Notes: generated from the letters alone by a model not told the origin. 64,000 nucleotides of DNA from Chiloscyllium plagiosum (GCF_004010195.1 NC_057719.1:10974507-11038506); one strand, 5' to 3'. Positions 12,865-24,838 are shown, counted from the first letter of the stretch. Numbers and translations: made by a program.

Positions 12865-13275
12865 AAAAATCAAAAGAAATGCAGATGCTGGAAATCAGAA
12901 ACAAAAACAGAATGCAGCAGTGGTGTCAGCGGGGGCTTCCTGGTTACAGGGAGAGTGTGGGTCCGGCATGACATTCTTGGTGGAGAGAAGATGGACTTTC
13001 TCTCATCTTTGTCTTTGTATTCTTTCTATTCTTTAAGTATTAGAATGGCGCCAGATTGTGGCGACAGTTGAAACTTATCATTGTATTTTACCGTGTTATT
13101 CACTGTACAGTACAACTGACAATAAATCATCATTCTTAAAAGTTGCTAGAAAAATTCAGCAGGTCTGGCAGTATCTGTGGAGAGAAAGCAAAGTTAAGGT
13201 TTCAGGTCCAGTGACTTTTCTTCAGACTAGAAGAAGAGCCACTAGACCTGAAATGTTAACACTGATTTATTTTTC
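12865..13275. mobile_element. PLE-derived fold-back element with degenerate hammerheads, interrupted by a ~220-bp insertion (~12913-13138)
   Basis: gcagatgctggaaatcagaaacaaaaacagaa...gctagaaaaattcagcaggtctggcag, then the inverted pair ttcaggtccagtgacttttcttc / gaagaagagccactagacctgaa. Confidence 0.6.
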
Positions 13276-13967
13276 TCTTCTTTCTTTCTTGTTTTCCCTC
13301 CTTCCTTTTTTCCTCCATCTCCCTCTCTCCGCTATACATTTTCTTCACTTTGCAGTGCATTCAAAGCTGCCAGATTTGCAAATGCTATGTCTTTGCTCAT
13401 TTTTTTCCAGAGGGCAGCTTTGGATTCAGATGCTACCCACAGCACGAGGGAAGCCTGCTATTAGAACTGATCTGAATGCTGGAGCAGTCCTGCCTCTCGT
13501 GTCACCTTCTGCTCTCCCACAAGAGAACGGCTGGGAATTACCAGCACGGCCCACACATGTTCAAAGTAGTTGTGCTCAGCTGGAGCGGCCAGTCTCAGGT
13601 GTGAGGGGCAGCGGTGAATGCAGGAACGGTTGTAAACCTGGATTCCAAACACAGAGGAAAACTCATTTCAGACCGAGACCCCATTGAGACTGGGCCTCTT
13701 GAAAAAAAAAACTTCCAGAAAACAAGCTTCAGGTCAGCGCACACACACAAATCCCCTGTTCATTGCTAACGGCTGAATGATCACCCCAGTAGCATTTAAA
13801 TAGCAAGAAATACATCTGTGCATCGCTTCAACACACAGCAGCGTGCAGCTGGTAATTCGACGAAGATGTTTGACTGGGCCAGCACAGTCTTATTTACTAG
13901 TGAAATCGAATGAAGCAGACAAATTAAATGGGCTCCCCCAATGTTTAAAGGACATAGAATCACAGAT

Positions 13968-14289
13968 CATAGAATCCCTACAGTGCGGAAACAGGCCATT
14001 CAGCCCAACAAGTCCACACTGACCCTTCAAACAATAACCCAACCCAGACCCATTCCCCTACCCTATTCCTCTAAATTTACCCCTGACTAATGAACCTAAC
14101 CTACACATCCTTGAACACTTTGGGTTATTTTAGCATGGCCAATTCACCTAACATGCACACCTTTACACTGTGGGAGGAAATTGGAACACCCAGATGAAAC
14201 CCATGCAAACAGTCGCCTGAACTGGAATCGAACCCGGTTCCCTGGTGCTGTGAGGCAGCAGTGCTAATCACTGAGCCACCATGCCGCCC
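13968..14289 (-). mobile_element. HE1-type V-SINE
   Basis: Minus-strand head GGGCGGCATGGTGGCTCAGTGATTAGC with B box GGTTCGATTCC. Confidence 0.85.
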
Positions 14290-15362
14290 ACATGTCAAGG
14301 GGCTGGGGAGATGGTGCATAATGCAGGAAATAGAGAGGGGTTAAAAATGTAAAAGATGGTCTGGGAGAGCTGGGTTTGGTGCAAAAATATCCTCCTTTTG
14401 ATAAAGGAAATGCTGTTGTTTGGCTGCTTGCATAACAGAGGCTTAAAACGCATGCGAGGTGTAGCACAAACTGAGCCTAGCTTTCTCTTCTCAAAACCAG
14501 CCTTTATCGTGTAAGCCTGTTAGAACAGTCTCAAAGGGTAAGATCCTAAGAAATAGAACCCGAAGTAGGCCCAATGAAACTGCTCTGTCAATTCAATAAC
14601 ACCGTGAGAAACACCAGGAGTGAATGAAGATATTGTGGCCCATTATAGTGTTCAACATGAGCAACAACAATGGTTCTGGGTATCATCCTGAGCAAAATAT
14701 CAGGTCAGGAGTGGAGGAAGAGGAGTTGACCCTTCAATGTCTCTAATGTGTGCCACCATTCACAGAGATTGTGGCTGATCCATATCTCAATTGCATTCAG
14801 TTGCTTTAGCTCCATATCTGTTAATATCCTCATCTAAATTAAAAAAAACTATTCATCCCATTGTGAAGAGAGCTGGCACTTTTTCTACATACATGGAGAA
14901 CAAGGGAATTTCTGGAAAAATAATTAAAGTCCAAAAATTACTTCTGGCAGTTTTTACATGGAAAGAAACAGAAAGATAGGAGCAGGATTAGGCCATTCAG
15001 CCCCTCCATCCTGCTCCAACATTAATTATAATCATGGCTATCATTTACTCCAGGGTAAACAGCCCTGACCTATTCAGCCTATCCCTGTTTTCCCCTCCCC
15101 ATATCCATTGATCCTTTTAACCCCAATGCTATATTCAACTCCTTCTTGAGATCATACAACGTTTTGGCCTTGATTGCTATCTGTGGCAGTGAACCATTTT
15201 GTGAACATTATTTAACCTGTTAATTGAAAGGCAACAATTAACTTTTATGTGCACTAACATCCCCACTAAAATACTGATCAAAGGAAGTATGTATGTATAC
15301 ATCAGTTGTCCATCTGATTATATAACCAAGTCTGAAAATTAGGTTTCAGTTGCGTCCCAATA

Positions 15363-15716
15363 CTTCATTCATTCACGGGTTGAGGGCATCACTGGCTAGG
15401 CCAGCATTTATTGCCCATCTTTAATTGCCCAGAGGGCAGTTAAGGGACAACCCACATTGCTGTGGATCTGGAATCACAGGTAGGCCAGATCAGGCAAGGA
15501 TGACAGTTTCCTTCCCTGAAGGACACTAGTGAACCAGATCGGTTTTGCCAACAATTCACAATGAATTCATGGTTATCATTAGACTCTTAATACCAGATTT
15601 TTGTTGAATTCAAATTCCAGCATCTGCCGTGGTAGGAATCGAACCCGGGTGCCTAGAACATGACCTGGATCTCTGGCTTAACAGTCCAGCAATAATAGCA
15701 GTAGGGCATCACCTCC
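15363..15716 (-). mobile_element. tRNA-derived SINE sharing its 3' tail with the CR1/L2-group LINE at 30290-32460
   Basis: B box GGTTCGATTCC and tail gatgggcaataaatgctggcctagccagtgatgcc...gaatgaa. Further copies at ~17892, ~24225, ~38270, ~39660, ~40190 and ~61668. Confidence 0.75.
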
Positions 15717-16048
15717 ACAAAGTTGTAAACAATTAAGAAAGTCAAGCTCTCACACAGCTCCCTACATTGGACATGTCGGAGGCTGCAAATTAGGAATATG
15801 CCTGAGACATCATTTGTACCAGAAGCTACAAGTTGTGCCAAATTCACGAACTCGGAAGAATGCCTATTTTAGTTTTTACCCAGGGTCTTTATGGCTGAGT
15901 TGTATTTCATCGTCAACTGATTGAGCCAAGAGACAAAGTCACAGACAAAAAAGGCAGAAATTGCTGGAAAAGCTCAACAGGACTGACAGCATTTGTGGAC
16001 AGAAATCAGAATTAACATTTTGGGTCCAGTGACCCTTCCTCAAAACAC

Positions 16049-16520
16049 AGTCATAGAGTTGTGCAGCACAGAAACAGACCAATTCATCAGCGCCGACCAA
16101 ATATCCTAAATTAATCTGTCCCATTTGCCAGCATTTGGCTCATATGTCTCTAAACCCTTCCTATTCATATACCCATCCAGATGCCTTTTAGTTGTTATAA
16201 CTGTAACCACCTCCTCTGGCAGTTCATTCCACACACACTACCTTCTGCATGAAAATGTTGTCCCTCAGTTCCCTTTTAAATCTTTCTCCTCTCACCTTAA
16301 ACCTAGGCTTGTCTATTATGGACTCCCCTACCTTGGAAAAAAGACCTTGAGTATTCATCCTATCCATGCCCCTCATGATTTTATAAAGCTCTATATGGCC
16401 ACCCCTCAGCCTCCGACACTCCAGGGTAAACAGCCCTGACCTATTCAGCCTCACCCTATAACTCAAACCCTCCAACCCCAACATCTTTCCTATAGAAGAG
16501 AGACCAGAATTGAATGTATC
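16049..16520 (-). mobile_element. CR1 3' fragment
   Basis: ORF 16224-16484 reads LEGLSYRVRLNRSGLFTLECRRLRGG, followed by a ctatgact tail. Confidence 0.85.
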
Positions 16521-16918
16521 TTCTGAAAGATTTTTGTTGTGAGCTCATCTGGACTGAATCACAAGAATACCGAATCTCAAAGGGAATAACAACTTGTATT
16601 CCACGAGAAGAGGGTGTTAGTTTGTTCGTAAGAGAATACTGAGTGGTAGAGGCATATCATGGCATAGAATATGCTCCACTAAAAGTATTCAGATTTTATT
16701 ATTACACAGGGGACCCCTGATTTCCGAACATTTGACTTACCAACGCGACCCTATATAGTGTGTAATTTTAAAGATCTTAAATATGGACATTCCCTGTCCT
16801 TCCATACAGCCCCTGTATATTGTTCTGCATTGTGTTTTGCCTTGTGTACAAATCAACTTGTAAACAGACTCAAGAACAGAATCCGTACGCAACCCAGAGA
16901 CTGCCTCTATGTATGTGA

Positions 16919-17213
16919 GTGGCATGGTGGCTCAGTGGTTAGCACTACTGCTTCACAGCACCAGGGTCAAAGGTTCAATCCCAGCCTCGAGCGACTGTCT
17001 GTGTGGAGTTTGCACATTCTGTCTATGTCTGCATGGTTTACCCCACAGTCCAAAGATGTGCAGGTCAGGTGAATTGGCCATGCTAAATTGCCCATAGTGT
17101 TAGGGGCATTAGTCAGAGGGAAATAGGTCTGGGTGGGTTACTCTTCGGAGGGTTGGTGTGGACTGGTTGAACCGAAGGGCCTGTTTCCACACTGTAGGGA
17201 ATCTAATCTAATC
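16919..17213 (+). mobile_element. HE1-type V-SINE
   Basis: GGCATGGTGGCTCAGTGGTTAGCACT head and ctgtagggaatctaatctaatc tail. Confidence 0.88.
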
Positions 17214-18521
17214 AAAAGGTCTACACTTTTCCCCACCCTGAACCAATGTGAACTCCTGTGAGAAACTAGATTAAAATCCTACCTCCATTTAGAGAGGGAC
17301 ACAATATCTGGGAAATTCTGTGCAAGTACCACCCCCAGCCCACACACCATCCCCAGCCCCATCGATTCTGTGCAGGAAATCCCTCTAACCCTGGTAATTG
17401 GATGACCATTAGCTGAGAGTTAAAAGCAGGAAGATACAAGGCCCTGCAGGAGAAGGTAAGCTTTTAAATGTGAGAACACGTTTGGATAATCCCCACTGCG
17501 CACATTTCATTGATCCAAAGAGCTGCCTTTCTCTTCAGTCGTTTTTAATCTTTAAAAGGCCACATTGCAGATCAGAGGTCAATGAGTCGCCATCCTTACA
17601 TGTGTGAGCTTGTCTGTCATGTGCATGTCTTTCTTTACTGTCTATTTTTCCCTTCTCTCTCCTTGCTTCTCCATATTCCTCCAGTTACTACCTCCCTGTC
17701 TTGCATCAGGGTTTGCTGCTAATATTTTTCCACAGCAGAGTATCAATATGTTTTTGAGGCATTGTTTCCCAGCATGCTCAGTGTTCAAAGAAAACTCTGC
17801 CTACAACAATTCTGTTTCTCCCTAAAACATACTCAACAATGCATCTCTGAAATCAGAGAAATGTGAACATTTGGCACTGTTTCAACATTTAGGGGAGTCA
17901 ATGACATTGTGGTAATGTCATTGGACTAGCTAATCCAGAACCCCAGGCCAATGTTTTGGGGACATGGGTCCAAACCCCATTGTGGGAACACCACCAATTG
18001 TAAACTCTCCTCCAATCCACTCACCATCCTGACTTGAAAATATATCGTTATTTTTTCACTGTCACTGGGTCCTGGCATTCCCTCCCTAAGGGTATTGTGG
18101 TTCTACTTACAGCAGGTAGACTGCAGTGGTTCAAGAAAGTAGCTCACCGCCACCTTCTCAAGGGCAACTCAGCACAGACAATATATGCTGGTCAGTCAGT
18201 GATGCCCATATCCCATGAATGAATAAAAAAAGGCAGATGGTGAAATTTTAATCCAATAAATATCTAATAGCGACTATGGAACCGTTGTCAATTGTTGTAA
18301 ACACTCATCTGGTTCAATAACGCTTTTTAGGGAAAGGAATCTGCTGTCCTTACCTGGTCTGGCTTACATATGACTCCAGGTCCATAACAATATGGTTGAT
18401 TCTTAATAGCGATGGGCAATAAATGCTAGGTAAAAACAATGACTGCAGATGCTGGAAACCAGATTCTGGATTAGTGGTGCTGGAAGAGCACAGCAATTCA
18501 GGCAGCATCCGAGGACAGGCA

Positions 18522-18558
18522 AAATCGACGTTTCGGGCAAAAGCCCTTCATCAGGAAT
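18522..18558 (-). ncRNA. Minimal type-I hammerhead ribozyme motif in the PLE 3' terminus, intact core
   Basis: Minus strand reads AUUC-CUGAUGA-A-GGGC-UUUU-GCCC-GAAAC-GUC-GAUU: conserved core boxes, helix II hairpin and a GUC cleavage triplet at 18529-18527. Confidence 0.75.
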
Positions 18559-19139
18559 NNNNNNNNNNNNNNNNNNNNNNNNNNNNNNNNNNNNNNNNNN
18601 NNNNNNNNNNNNNNNNNNNNNNNNNNNNNNNNNNNNNNNNNNNNNNNNNNNNNNNNNNNNNNNNNNNNNNNNNNNNNNNNNNNNNNNNNNNNNNNNNNNN
18701 NNNNNNNNNNNNNNNNNNNNNNNNNNNNNNNNNNNNNNNNNNNNNNNNNNNNNNNNNNNNNNNNNNNNNNNNNNNNNNNNNNNNNNNNNNNNNNNNNNNN
18801 NNNNNNNNNNNNNNNNNNNNNNNNNNNNNNNNNNNNNNNNNNNNNNNNNNNNNNNNNNNNNNNNNNNNNNNNNNNNNNNNNNNNNNNNNNNNNNNNNNNN
18901 NNNNNNNNNNNNNNNNNNNNNNNNNNNNNNNNNNNNNNNNNNNNNNNNNNNNNNNNNNNNNNNNNNNNNNNNNNNNNNNNNNNNNNNNNNNNNNNNNNNN
19001 NNNNNNNNNNNNNNNNNNNNNNNNNNNNNNNNNNNNNNNNNNNNNNNNNNNNNNNNNNNNNNNNNNNNNNNNNNNNNNNNNNNNNNNNNNNNNNNNNNNN
19101 NNNNNNNNNNNNNNNNNNNNNNNNNNNNNNNNNNNNNNN
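18559..19139. other. Assembly gap (581 N)
   Basis: Run of N. Confidence 1.
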
Positions 19140-21178
19140 GATGGTTTGGTTTATGCGAAGGTTGGTAGGGTGGAAGGTGAGCACCAGGGGCGTTCTGTCC
19201 TTGTTGCGGTTGGAGGGGTTGGGTCTGAGGGCGGAGGTGCGGGATGTGGATGAGATGCGTTGGAGGGCATCTTTAACCACGTGGGAAGGGAAATTGCGGT
19301 CTCTAAAGAAGGAGGCCATCTGGTGTGTTCTATGGTGGAACCGCTCCTCCTGGGAGCAGATACGGCGGAGGCGGAGGAAGTAAATGCTAGCCTAGCCATC
19401 GATAACATTACACAGGCCCTCAGCTAAAGACAATGGTGAGAAACATGAACCAAGAACTTGTAGGTAGGCCCCTGACTTCAAAGCAAGTAATACCTTCAAA
19501 TCCCTGTCCTGGAAATCTTAGGCTGTACTCATACAGTCATAGAGCTCTACAGCATAGAAACAGGCCCTTCAGCCCAACATGATAATACTACTCCATTTTC
19601 ACAATTAATCTAGTCCCATTTGCCTGCATTTTTTCCATTTCCTTCCTTACTAATCCCATGCATGTACCTGTCTTAATATTTCTTAAATGATGAAACTGTA
19701 CGGGCCTCCATCACTACCTCTGGAAGCCCTTTCTAGACACTCACCATCCTCTGTGTGGCCCTTTTTGTTTCTCTCCCCTTCACCAGTAGTGCCTTTTTAG
19801 GCAACTAGTCTGTTTTAAAGAGTATTACTTTCATTTATGCTTGGATGTTATTCAGAGGTTCTTACAGAGTGCTCAAATTCTCCTTATCTGTACAGGCAGT
19901 GGTCCTTGAGGGGGGAAGTGGGTGCCAACTTTCTGATTTATGTCCTGGATTTCTCAACAGATACATTGAGTCGACAACAGTATCTCAAATTATCATTGCG
20001 ATAGAAATGAAGAGAGAGGCTCATAGGATACCCTTGGATGTTGAATGAAAGCTGGGCAGTAAGATTCAGATTGGAAGAGGGGAAACAATTGTAGCCTAGA
20101 TGACAAATAGGCAAAACCCACAAGTAAACGTCCTCCTCTGTAACTTTACACGGTACATTGGATAGACACTTCAGATGGTTCTGCAAAGAGAAATGGGGGT
20201 ATCAGGTTTGAGGGGACCCTGACAAGGTTCCATCAGTGTTATATATTGTTAGAGAAAACATAAACCAGGCAGCTGAAAGCAAAGCTCTAGTCAGTCAATC
20301 AGCACAGGAACTATAAACAGGTGCAGGTTTGAGACTGGAAATGTTAAAATACCCCTGTTCCTGGAATGGAGACTGAACTATGAATCAGCACTGGTCGAGA
20401 ACTTTTACATTCTCTCTGTTGTTCAATAATCTTCGGCAGAAACTGAACACTTTGGGGGCAATCCCAATAAACCAAGCCAGGTGACTAACAACTCCCAATG
20501 AATGATAAAGAATAATGAAGGAAACTGCAAATTTGAAATAAAACTATCATTGCTGCAAATCTAATTGGATGGATATTTCAAAGAGCTGGGATAGACACAA
20601 TAGGCTGAATGGTCTCCTTGATAATTTTAAAATGTTAAAATTCTGCGATTTCAAGAGGATCATTCCATCAAATCCACTGCCTCCACCAGAAATTTTAACT
20701 TGTCTTCTTCACTTTTCAGATACTGACAGATGCACAAGGGACTCCCTTCCAGAGGCTCTCTGGCCACACACAGCAGGCAGTTAAACTTTACCTGACGTAC
20801 TATGAGACTCTGATCATCGTTAAAGCTGGGAATAAGGCAAATACTTTTCACAAAATCTCCAACGATCCCTGAAAGCCGAGTGGTTATTAGATGTCTTAGT
20901 GGGGGATTGCGGATGTGACCCCAAACACCAGACAGACATCAAATGCCTCAAAATGAATCGTGGAATTTCTTCAGCAAAGTCTAACAGCCACGAAGTAACT
21001 AAAATAGAAACTTGGGTCAGGTTATGATCATAAAACAGGATGTCAATTTAACACCGTGCTGGCTGTCAGTCGATCCCACTGTAATACGGTGCCTCAGTCT
21101 CAGAATCAATGTGCAGTGACAAGCAGAACAGTAGACAATCCCAAAGGACAGAGGAGATGGGTTGAACTGCAGAAAAGC

Positions 21179-21921
21179 AATTGAGGGAAACATTTCAGAA
21201 TCACATTCCAGCTCAGATGGGTAGCTTGTCACGATAGCTAGAGTTCTGAGAAACTGTCACAGTAACAGCAACCTTCTCCGCTAAAATGAAAATTGTCTCA
21301 AGTTAATAGGCTTTTCCAGGAATGCGTTTTCCTTCAGGGCAGCAGGTCTCAAGGTTTGATATTGAAAGTAATACATTTCATGTCTCACGCTTCTTGCAAA
21401 ATGAGCCTGATCAACTTAAACGGTCATATTTGTTTCATGCCTAGTAATAGGCAGAGAATTGTTGTACAATTGTCTATATATACCCAGTTCGTTAAAGGAT
21501 AAGCTCTCTACCTTACCAATAGAAAAAAGCTGAATGGTGTTCTTTACCTAACATATTCATATCTGTGCTGAATCTTTGAAAGAACTGTCCAGTGATGAAG
21601 GATTTATGTGGTTTGGTTGTGTTGCTGCCTTCTTTTTCCTTCATTGTCAGGATGTCTCAGCTCATCTGCAGAAACCTCATTCACAACTTTGTTAATTCAA
21701 CATTTGACTCTTTCAATGTATTCTTGGCCAGACCCCCATATTCTGTACTCCCTAAACTCGAGATAATCCGACTGCCTGTGCTCTTTGTCATGGTAAGTGC
21801 CGTTCTCCCTGTCCTCATTAACCCACCTGAGGGAATTGAGGGAAACATTTCAGAATCACATTCCAGCTCAGATGTGTAGCTTGTCACGATAGCTAGAGTT
21901 CTGAGATGTGTAGCTTGTCAC
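21179..21921 (+). repeat. 73-bp direct repeat (21179-21251 / 21834-21906) plus an 18-bp re-copy (21904-21921)
   Basis: AATTGAGGGAAACATTTCAGAATCACATTCCAGCTCAGATG(G/T)GTAGCTTGTCACGATAGCTAGAGTTCTGAGA occurs twice with one mismatch. Confidence 0.92.
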
Positions 21922-22379
21922 ATCAAGTTTAGGGAGTAATCAAGCAATGTTCGATTTTAAAAATTCTCAAACTTGTTTACAAATCCCTCCATAGCCTTGA
22001 CTCTTCCTACCAGTGTATTCTCCCCAAGCCCGACAACCCTCCAAGATACTTGTGCTCACCTAAGTCTAGCCTCTTCACCATCTCCAACTTGCGATGCTTC
22101 GCCATGCTTGAACTTGCCTTCAGATTCCTAGGCTTGAAACTTGGAAATCTGCTTCTTAAAACACTCATTGTCCAACATTTTTGTTACCCTTTAAGAAGCT
22201 CCTTAAAAATTTGACAAAGATTTCAGCCACTTGCTTTAATATCGCTTTACGTGCTGCATGCTAATTTCTCTTCAAAACTCTCTGCAAAGATCCTTGGAAA
22301 TATTTTATTATATTAACGTTGCTACATAAATGTAGGTTGCTGTTGTTGGATGGAAGTTAGCCACATCTTCCTCCCAATG

Positions 22380-22651
22380 GTTTCAGATCCAACAGAACTT
22401 CACCAAAGATCTTCAGACAGCACCTTCCAAACCCACGATCATTTCCATCTAGAAGGACAAGGGCAGCAGATGCATGGGAACATCATCACCTTCAAGTTCC
22501 CTTCAAGCCACTCACCATTCTGACTTGGAAATATATCACTCTTCCTTCATTGTAACTGGGTCAACATCCTGGAATTCCCTCCCTAAGGGCATTGTGGATC
22601 AACCCACAGCAGGTGGACTGCAGCAGTTCAAGAAGGCAGCTCACCTCCATC
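22380..22651 (+). mobile_element. CR1/L2-group LINE 3' UTR, with its tail continuing at ~24101-24150
   Basis: cagcaccttccaaaccc...ctgcagcagttcaagaaggcagctcacc matches 32160-32400. The terminal gccagcaatacccacatccc is displaced to ~24114. Confidence 0.7.
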
Positions 22652-23106
22652 ACCATAAGACCATAAGACATAGGAGTGGAAGTAAGGCCATTCGGCCCAT
22701 CGAGTCCACTCCGCCATTCAATCATGGCTGATGCGCATTTCAGCTCCACTTACCAGCGTTCTCCCCGTAGCCCTTAATTCCTCTAGACAACAAGAATCTA
22801 TCAATCTCGGCCTTGAAGACATTTAGCGTCCCGGCTTCCACTGCACTCCGTGGCAATGAATTCCACAGGCCCACCACTCTCTGGCTGAAGAAATGTCTCC
22901 GCATTTCTGTTCTGAAATGACCCCCTCTAATTCTAAGGCTGTGTCCACGGGTCCTAGTCTCCTCGTCGAACTGAAACAATTTCCTAGCATCCACCTTTTC
23001 CAAGCCATGTATTATTTTATACGTCTCTATTAAGTCTCCCCTAAATCTTCTAAACTCCAACGAATACAATCCCAGTACCCTCAGCCGTTCCTCATATGTT
23101 AGACCT
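22652..23106 (-). mobile_element. Young CR1 3' end
   Basis: Open ORF 22740-23069 YSLEFRRFRGDLIETYKI...GENAGKWS, followed by a TCTTATGG repeat tail. Confidence 0.9.
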
Positions 23107-23730
23107 GAAATAGAATGCGATTGAATCCATGTTCTGCTTTTGTTGTTCTTTGCAGATCTATTTTTAACATTGTTATATAATGTAATGTATGAAACACATC
23201 CAGTGGTATGAACTTTAAGTGGATTTACTGAAGTTATTAAACTGACCGTTGCTGCAGAGTCATCTGCACAATAGCCCAGTTATACTACAAAATAACTTCA
23301 ATTTCACATTTAACCAGAAAAGGGCCTGATCATGAAAAATGCTTTTTTTGTTGTATGTAAATTGCTACAAGCTACCTTTAATTTGGCTACTTATTAAGAA
23401 ATCACACAATCACATATTGAAACAATTATTTAACCTTTATAGAATGTAACAAGCAAAATAAGACTCCTCAAGTAAGCAAGTCAAGCCTCACAACTCAGCT
23501 TGGCTATTACCTGATTAATGATGGAATTTAGCTACGATTCCAACAAATAGTGTCTGTCTCTGGGTGTGTTCAGGCTTCAACCCTTCTGCAACTTCATTCT
23601 CCAAAGCTCTGCTCCTGAGGAACCCTGGAGTTGAATTCCTCAAGTTTGTGGTGTGACACATTATTAATGATCCTTTAAATTCTTTCATCTAAGATATTGT
23701 AAATCTGCAGCCTGTTTTCTGAGAAATAGC

Positions 23731-24100
23731 TTCCTTGTTCCTTGTACCTTTCTTGAACAAGGGGGTTACAACAGCCATCTTCCAATCATCTGGGACCTTT
23801 CCTGACTCCAGTGACTCTTGAAAGATCTCAACTAATGCCTCTGCTATTTCCTCAGCCACCTCTCTCAGAACTCTAGGGTGTATCCCATCGGGGCCAGGAG
23901 ATTTATCAATTTTAAGACTTTTTAACTTTTCTAGCACTATCTCTTTCATAATGGCAACCATACTCAACTCAGCCCCGTGACACCCTTTAATTTTTGGGAT
24001 ATTACTCATGTCTTCCACTGTGAATACTGACGCAAAGTACTTGTTAAGTTCTCCTGCTATTTCCTTATCTCCCATCACTAGGCTTCCTGCATCAGTTTGA
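23731..24100 (-). mobile_element. Young CR1 internal fragment (linker/RT N-terminus)
   Basis: Open frame ELNKYFASVFTVED...DKSPGPDGIHPRVLREVA...VPDDWKMAVVTPLFKKG. Confidence 0.9.
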
Positions 24101-24224
24101 ATGGCCAATTAAAGCCAGCAATACCCACATCCCACACAAAATGAAAAGAACAGTCTTCATCAAATAGCTTACGAAATTAAGAGTATATGAATTATAAATG
24201 CATTTAATTGCATGTAGGTTTGGT

Positions 24225-24575
24225 AAATTCACTCATGGGATATCAGCATTGTTGGCCAGATCAGTACTTATTGCCTATCCCTAATTGCCCAGAAGGAGGT
24301 TAAGAGTCAGCCATGTTGCTAGAGTCTAAAGTCACATGTAAGCCAGGACAGGTAAGCTAAAGATTGCAGATTGCCTGCCTTGAAAGATAAAGTGAACCAG
24401 ATGGGGTTTTTTTGATAATTGACATTGGCTGCCATTAGACTAATTTTTTTTTAAATTCCAGAATTTTATTGAATTCAAATTTCACCATCTGCCCCAGCTC
24501 AATTTGAACTCATGCTCCTAGAACATTAGCCTAGGGTTCTGGGTGAATAGCCAGTGGTGTTACACCGCTGTCTCT
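24225..24575 (-). mobile_element. tRNA-derived SINE (LINE-tail family)
   Basis: Homologous to 15363-15716. Confidence 0.7.
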
Positions 24576-24641
24576 TCTAAAGCACATCAACTGCACATTC
24601 ACTTGTGCCTCTTTGGAAGGAACAGATTGAAACTGTCAATT

Positions 24642-24838
24642 AAAAGCAAAATACCGCAGATGCTAGAAACCTGAAATGAAAACAGGAAAAGCTGGAGAAA
24701 CTTAGCAGGATTGGCAGCATTTGTGAACAGAAAACCAGAGTTAACATATCAGAGATACAGTTTTAACTCAGTTTATCTCCCAGATGCTGCCAGACCTGCT
24801 AAGTTTCCCCAGCAATTTCTGTTATTTTATTTCTGATT
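24642..24838. mobile_element. PLE-derived fold-back element
   Basis: gctggagaaacttagcaggattggcagcat...gagttaa is inverted against ttaactc...atgctgccagacctgctaagtttccccagc. Confidence 0.65.

Larger units (their letters stand above)
18430..19380 (-). mobile_element. Young 5'-truncated PLE with 10-bp TSD; interior hidden by an N gap
   Basis: Open frame RLRRICSQEERFHHRTHQMASFFRDRNFPSHVVKDALQRISSTSRTSALRP...TPLVLTFHPTNLRI. TAAATGCTAG at 18420-18429 and 19381-19390. CpGs are retained. Confidence 0.88.
17892..19405 (+). mobile_element. tRNA-SINE split by a LINE 3' fragment (~17986-18230) and by a PLE (18430-19380)
   Basis: SINE head at 17892. The body resumes at ggcagatggtgaaattt (18232) and the tail taaatgctagcctagcc resumes at 19381. 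Confidence 0.7.

Noticed and set aside
13058..13687. 209-aa ORF
   Set aside because: It crosses a PLE fold-back and a pyrimidine tract, has low-complexity F/L/S content and shows no recognisable domain.
16919..16990. tRNA gene (also at the other SINE heads)
   Set aside because: The A and B boxes belong to SINE heads that continue into SINE body and tail. There is no full cloverleaf.
18423..19319. Long ORFs of 239-276 aa
   Set aside because: They are artefacts of reading through the 581-N gap. Only the PLE frame at 19140-19380(-) is meaningful.
20237..20490. Possible solo LTR (TG...CA with AATAAA)
   Set aside because: No TSD was found and there is no second copy in the window.
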